Source: Basidioascus undulatus
Lineage: Eukaryota
Assembly (NCBI GenBank): GCA_000826855.1
Contig: JTLS01000002.1
Coordinates: 53,061 to 73,060 of the forward strand
Length of the DNA stretch: 20,000 nt
Reading direction: 5' to 3'
This document shows, piece after piece, positions 19,159 to 20,000 of this stretch. Positions within the stretch are counted from its first letter, which is position 1. Every line of letters starts with the position of its first letter. The notes under the pieces are model-generated. The model worked only from the letters and a program-made list of their open reading frames with translations. It was not told the DNA's origin and did no database searches. A program made the position numbers and the translations under genes.

Positions 19159-19965
19159 ATGCCCATCGTCGTCCCTCTGGACATCATCGCCGGGGTTATC
19201 TAACAAATCACCAACCCGTCGGGCTCTTTCAACTACTTCACACTGCACCGCAAGGGAGTCCGGGAGACCTTCAGTGCTCTTGCCTCGTCTCTCGCGATGT
19301 TAGCCCTCTGGCGCTCGCTCAACTCTATCGCACTCACAGCATCACCACCTGGAAGTCCCTCACCGCCCTTTCTAGGCCTTTGAACCTGCGTTATGTGCAC
19401 GCTCTGAGCTATACGGGGACGTACCCTCGTCGAGCCGAGCCCGTGACCCTTGCCCTTCTCGCCCTCCTCGAGAACGTGCGACCTAACCTGCGTCGCCTAT
19501 ACCTCAACTATCTACCCAAGACTTTCAACGACTTGACGCACGTTCTGAGCTCCCTCGAGCTCGAGGAATTCGCGCTTTTCACGCATTCTTATTCTAGTCA
19601 AGCCGCCAACGCCAGCGCCGCAGACACACTTATCCATCCTCCTTCAAGCATCCTGTATCGGACCTGGGGCCCGTGGAACTCAACGCCTCTGCATTCCTTT
19701 TCCACCCGGTTTTGAGATATGGGGCAGGGCAGCTTCCGCTTTGAGCAATTTCAGGACGCTTACGCACGTTGTCTTGCAGCTACCTGACGCCGAACCGGAG
19801 ACCTGGCTCGCACCCTTCTACAAGTTCGTGTTCCCCGTGCTTTGCGAGATGCCGTACATACGTCAGACTGAGATTTACTGCAATGGATCACTTCGAGATC
19901 ATTGGCCCCTTTTTGATCAGGCAACGAAGGGACTCAACCTGAAGCTTTCCCTTATAACGGCCTGA
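19159..19965 (+). pseudogene. Intronless F-box-like (F-box/LRR-type) pseudogene
   Basis: ATG at 19159 follows a pyrimidine-rich leader and reads MPIVVPLDIIAGVI, then an in-frame TAA at 19201-19203. The frame continues QITNP...RETFSAL, and a frameshift near 19280 is needed to reach CLVSRDVSPLALAQLYR, the typical basidiomycete F-box-like 'LCLVS..A...LYR' segment. LRR-like repeats follow (PNLRRLYL, LELEEFAL). A second frameshift near 19620-19640 leads into LLQASC...NFRTLTHVVLQL...SLITA* (stop at 19965). Confidence 0.7.
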
Positions 19966-20000
19966 TGAGGGAGTCCAACATGCTTTCATTCGGTGAGATC

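Noticed and set aside
19962..20000. CTGATGAG resembling a hammerhead ribozyme core
   Set aside because: No stem II followed by GAAA, and it simply overlaps the pseudogene stop codon.
1..20000. Prokaryote-type systems (CRISPR array, operon, tRNA/rRNA, intact transposase)
   Set aside because: The DNA is clearly spliceosomal-intron-containing fungal sequence. By eye I saw no spaced direct repeats, cloverleaf signatures, or RT/integrase/DDE motifs.

Overview
Eukaryotic, intron-rich fungal DNA. Basidiomycete-style splicing signals dominate: ~50-110 nt introns, GTGCGT/GTACGT donors and CTRAC-type branch sites. The ORF track is therefore fragmentary, and I rebuilt the gene models by hand. Four apparently intact genes: (1) the 3' part of a KDM5/JARID1 (Lid2-like) histone demethylase with a PLU-1-like region and two PHD fingers (+, <1-3372); (2) a 13-exon, ~560-aa uncharacterised P-loop/AAA-type ATPase with a predicted mitochondrial presequence (-, 8570-6056); (3) a 21-exon, ~563-aa methylcrotonyl-CoA carboxylase beta subunit (-, 12203-9039); (4) a 20-exon, ~518-aa DHA1-family MFS transporter (+, 15139-18158). 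There is also an intronless F-box-like pseudogene (19159-19965), a CpG-depleted relic between mccB and the MFS gene, and weak traces of a decayed minus-strand gene at ~4190-5450. The most striking signal is the splicing architecture: a 2-nt micro-exon that the MFS reading frame requires, several 14-17 nt micro-exons, and a GC-AG intron in each of three neighbouring genes. I found no tRNA, rRNA, CRISPR array or intact transposon. Family assignments come from motif recognition, not database searches.
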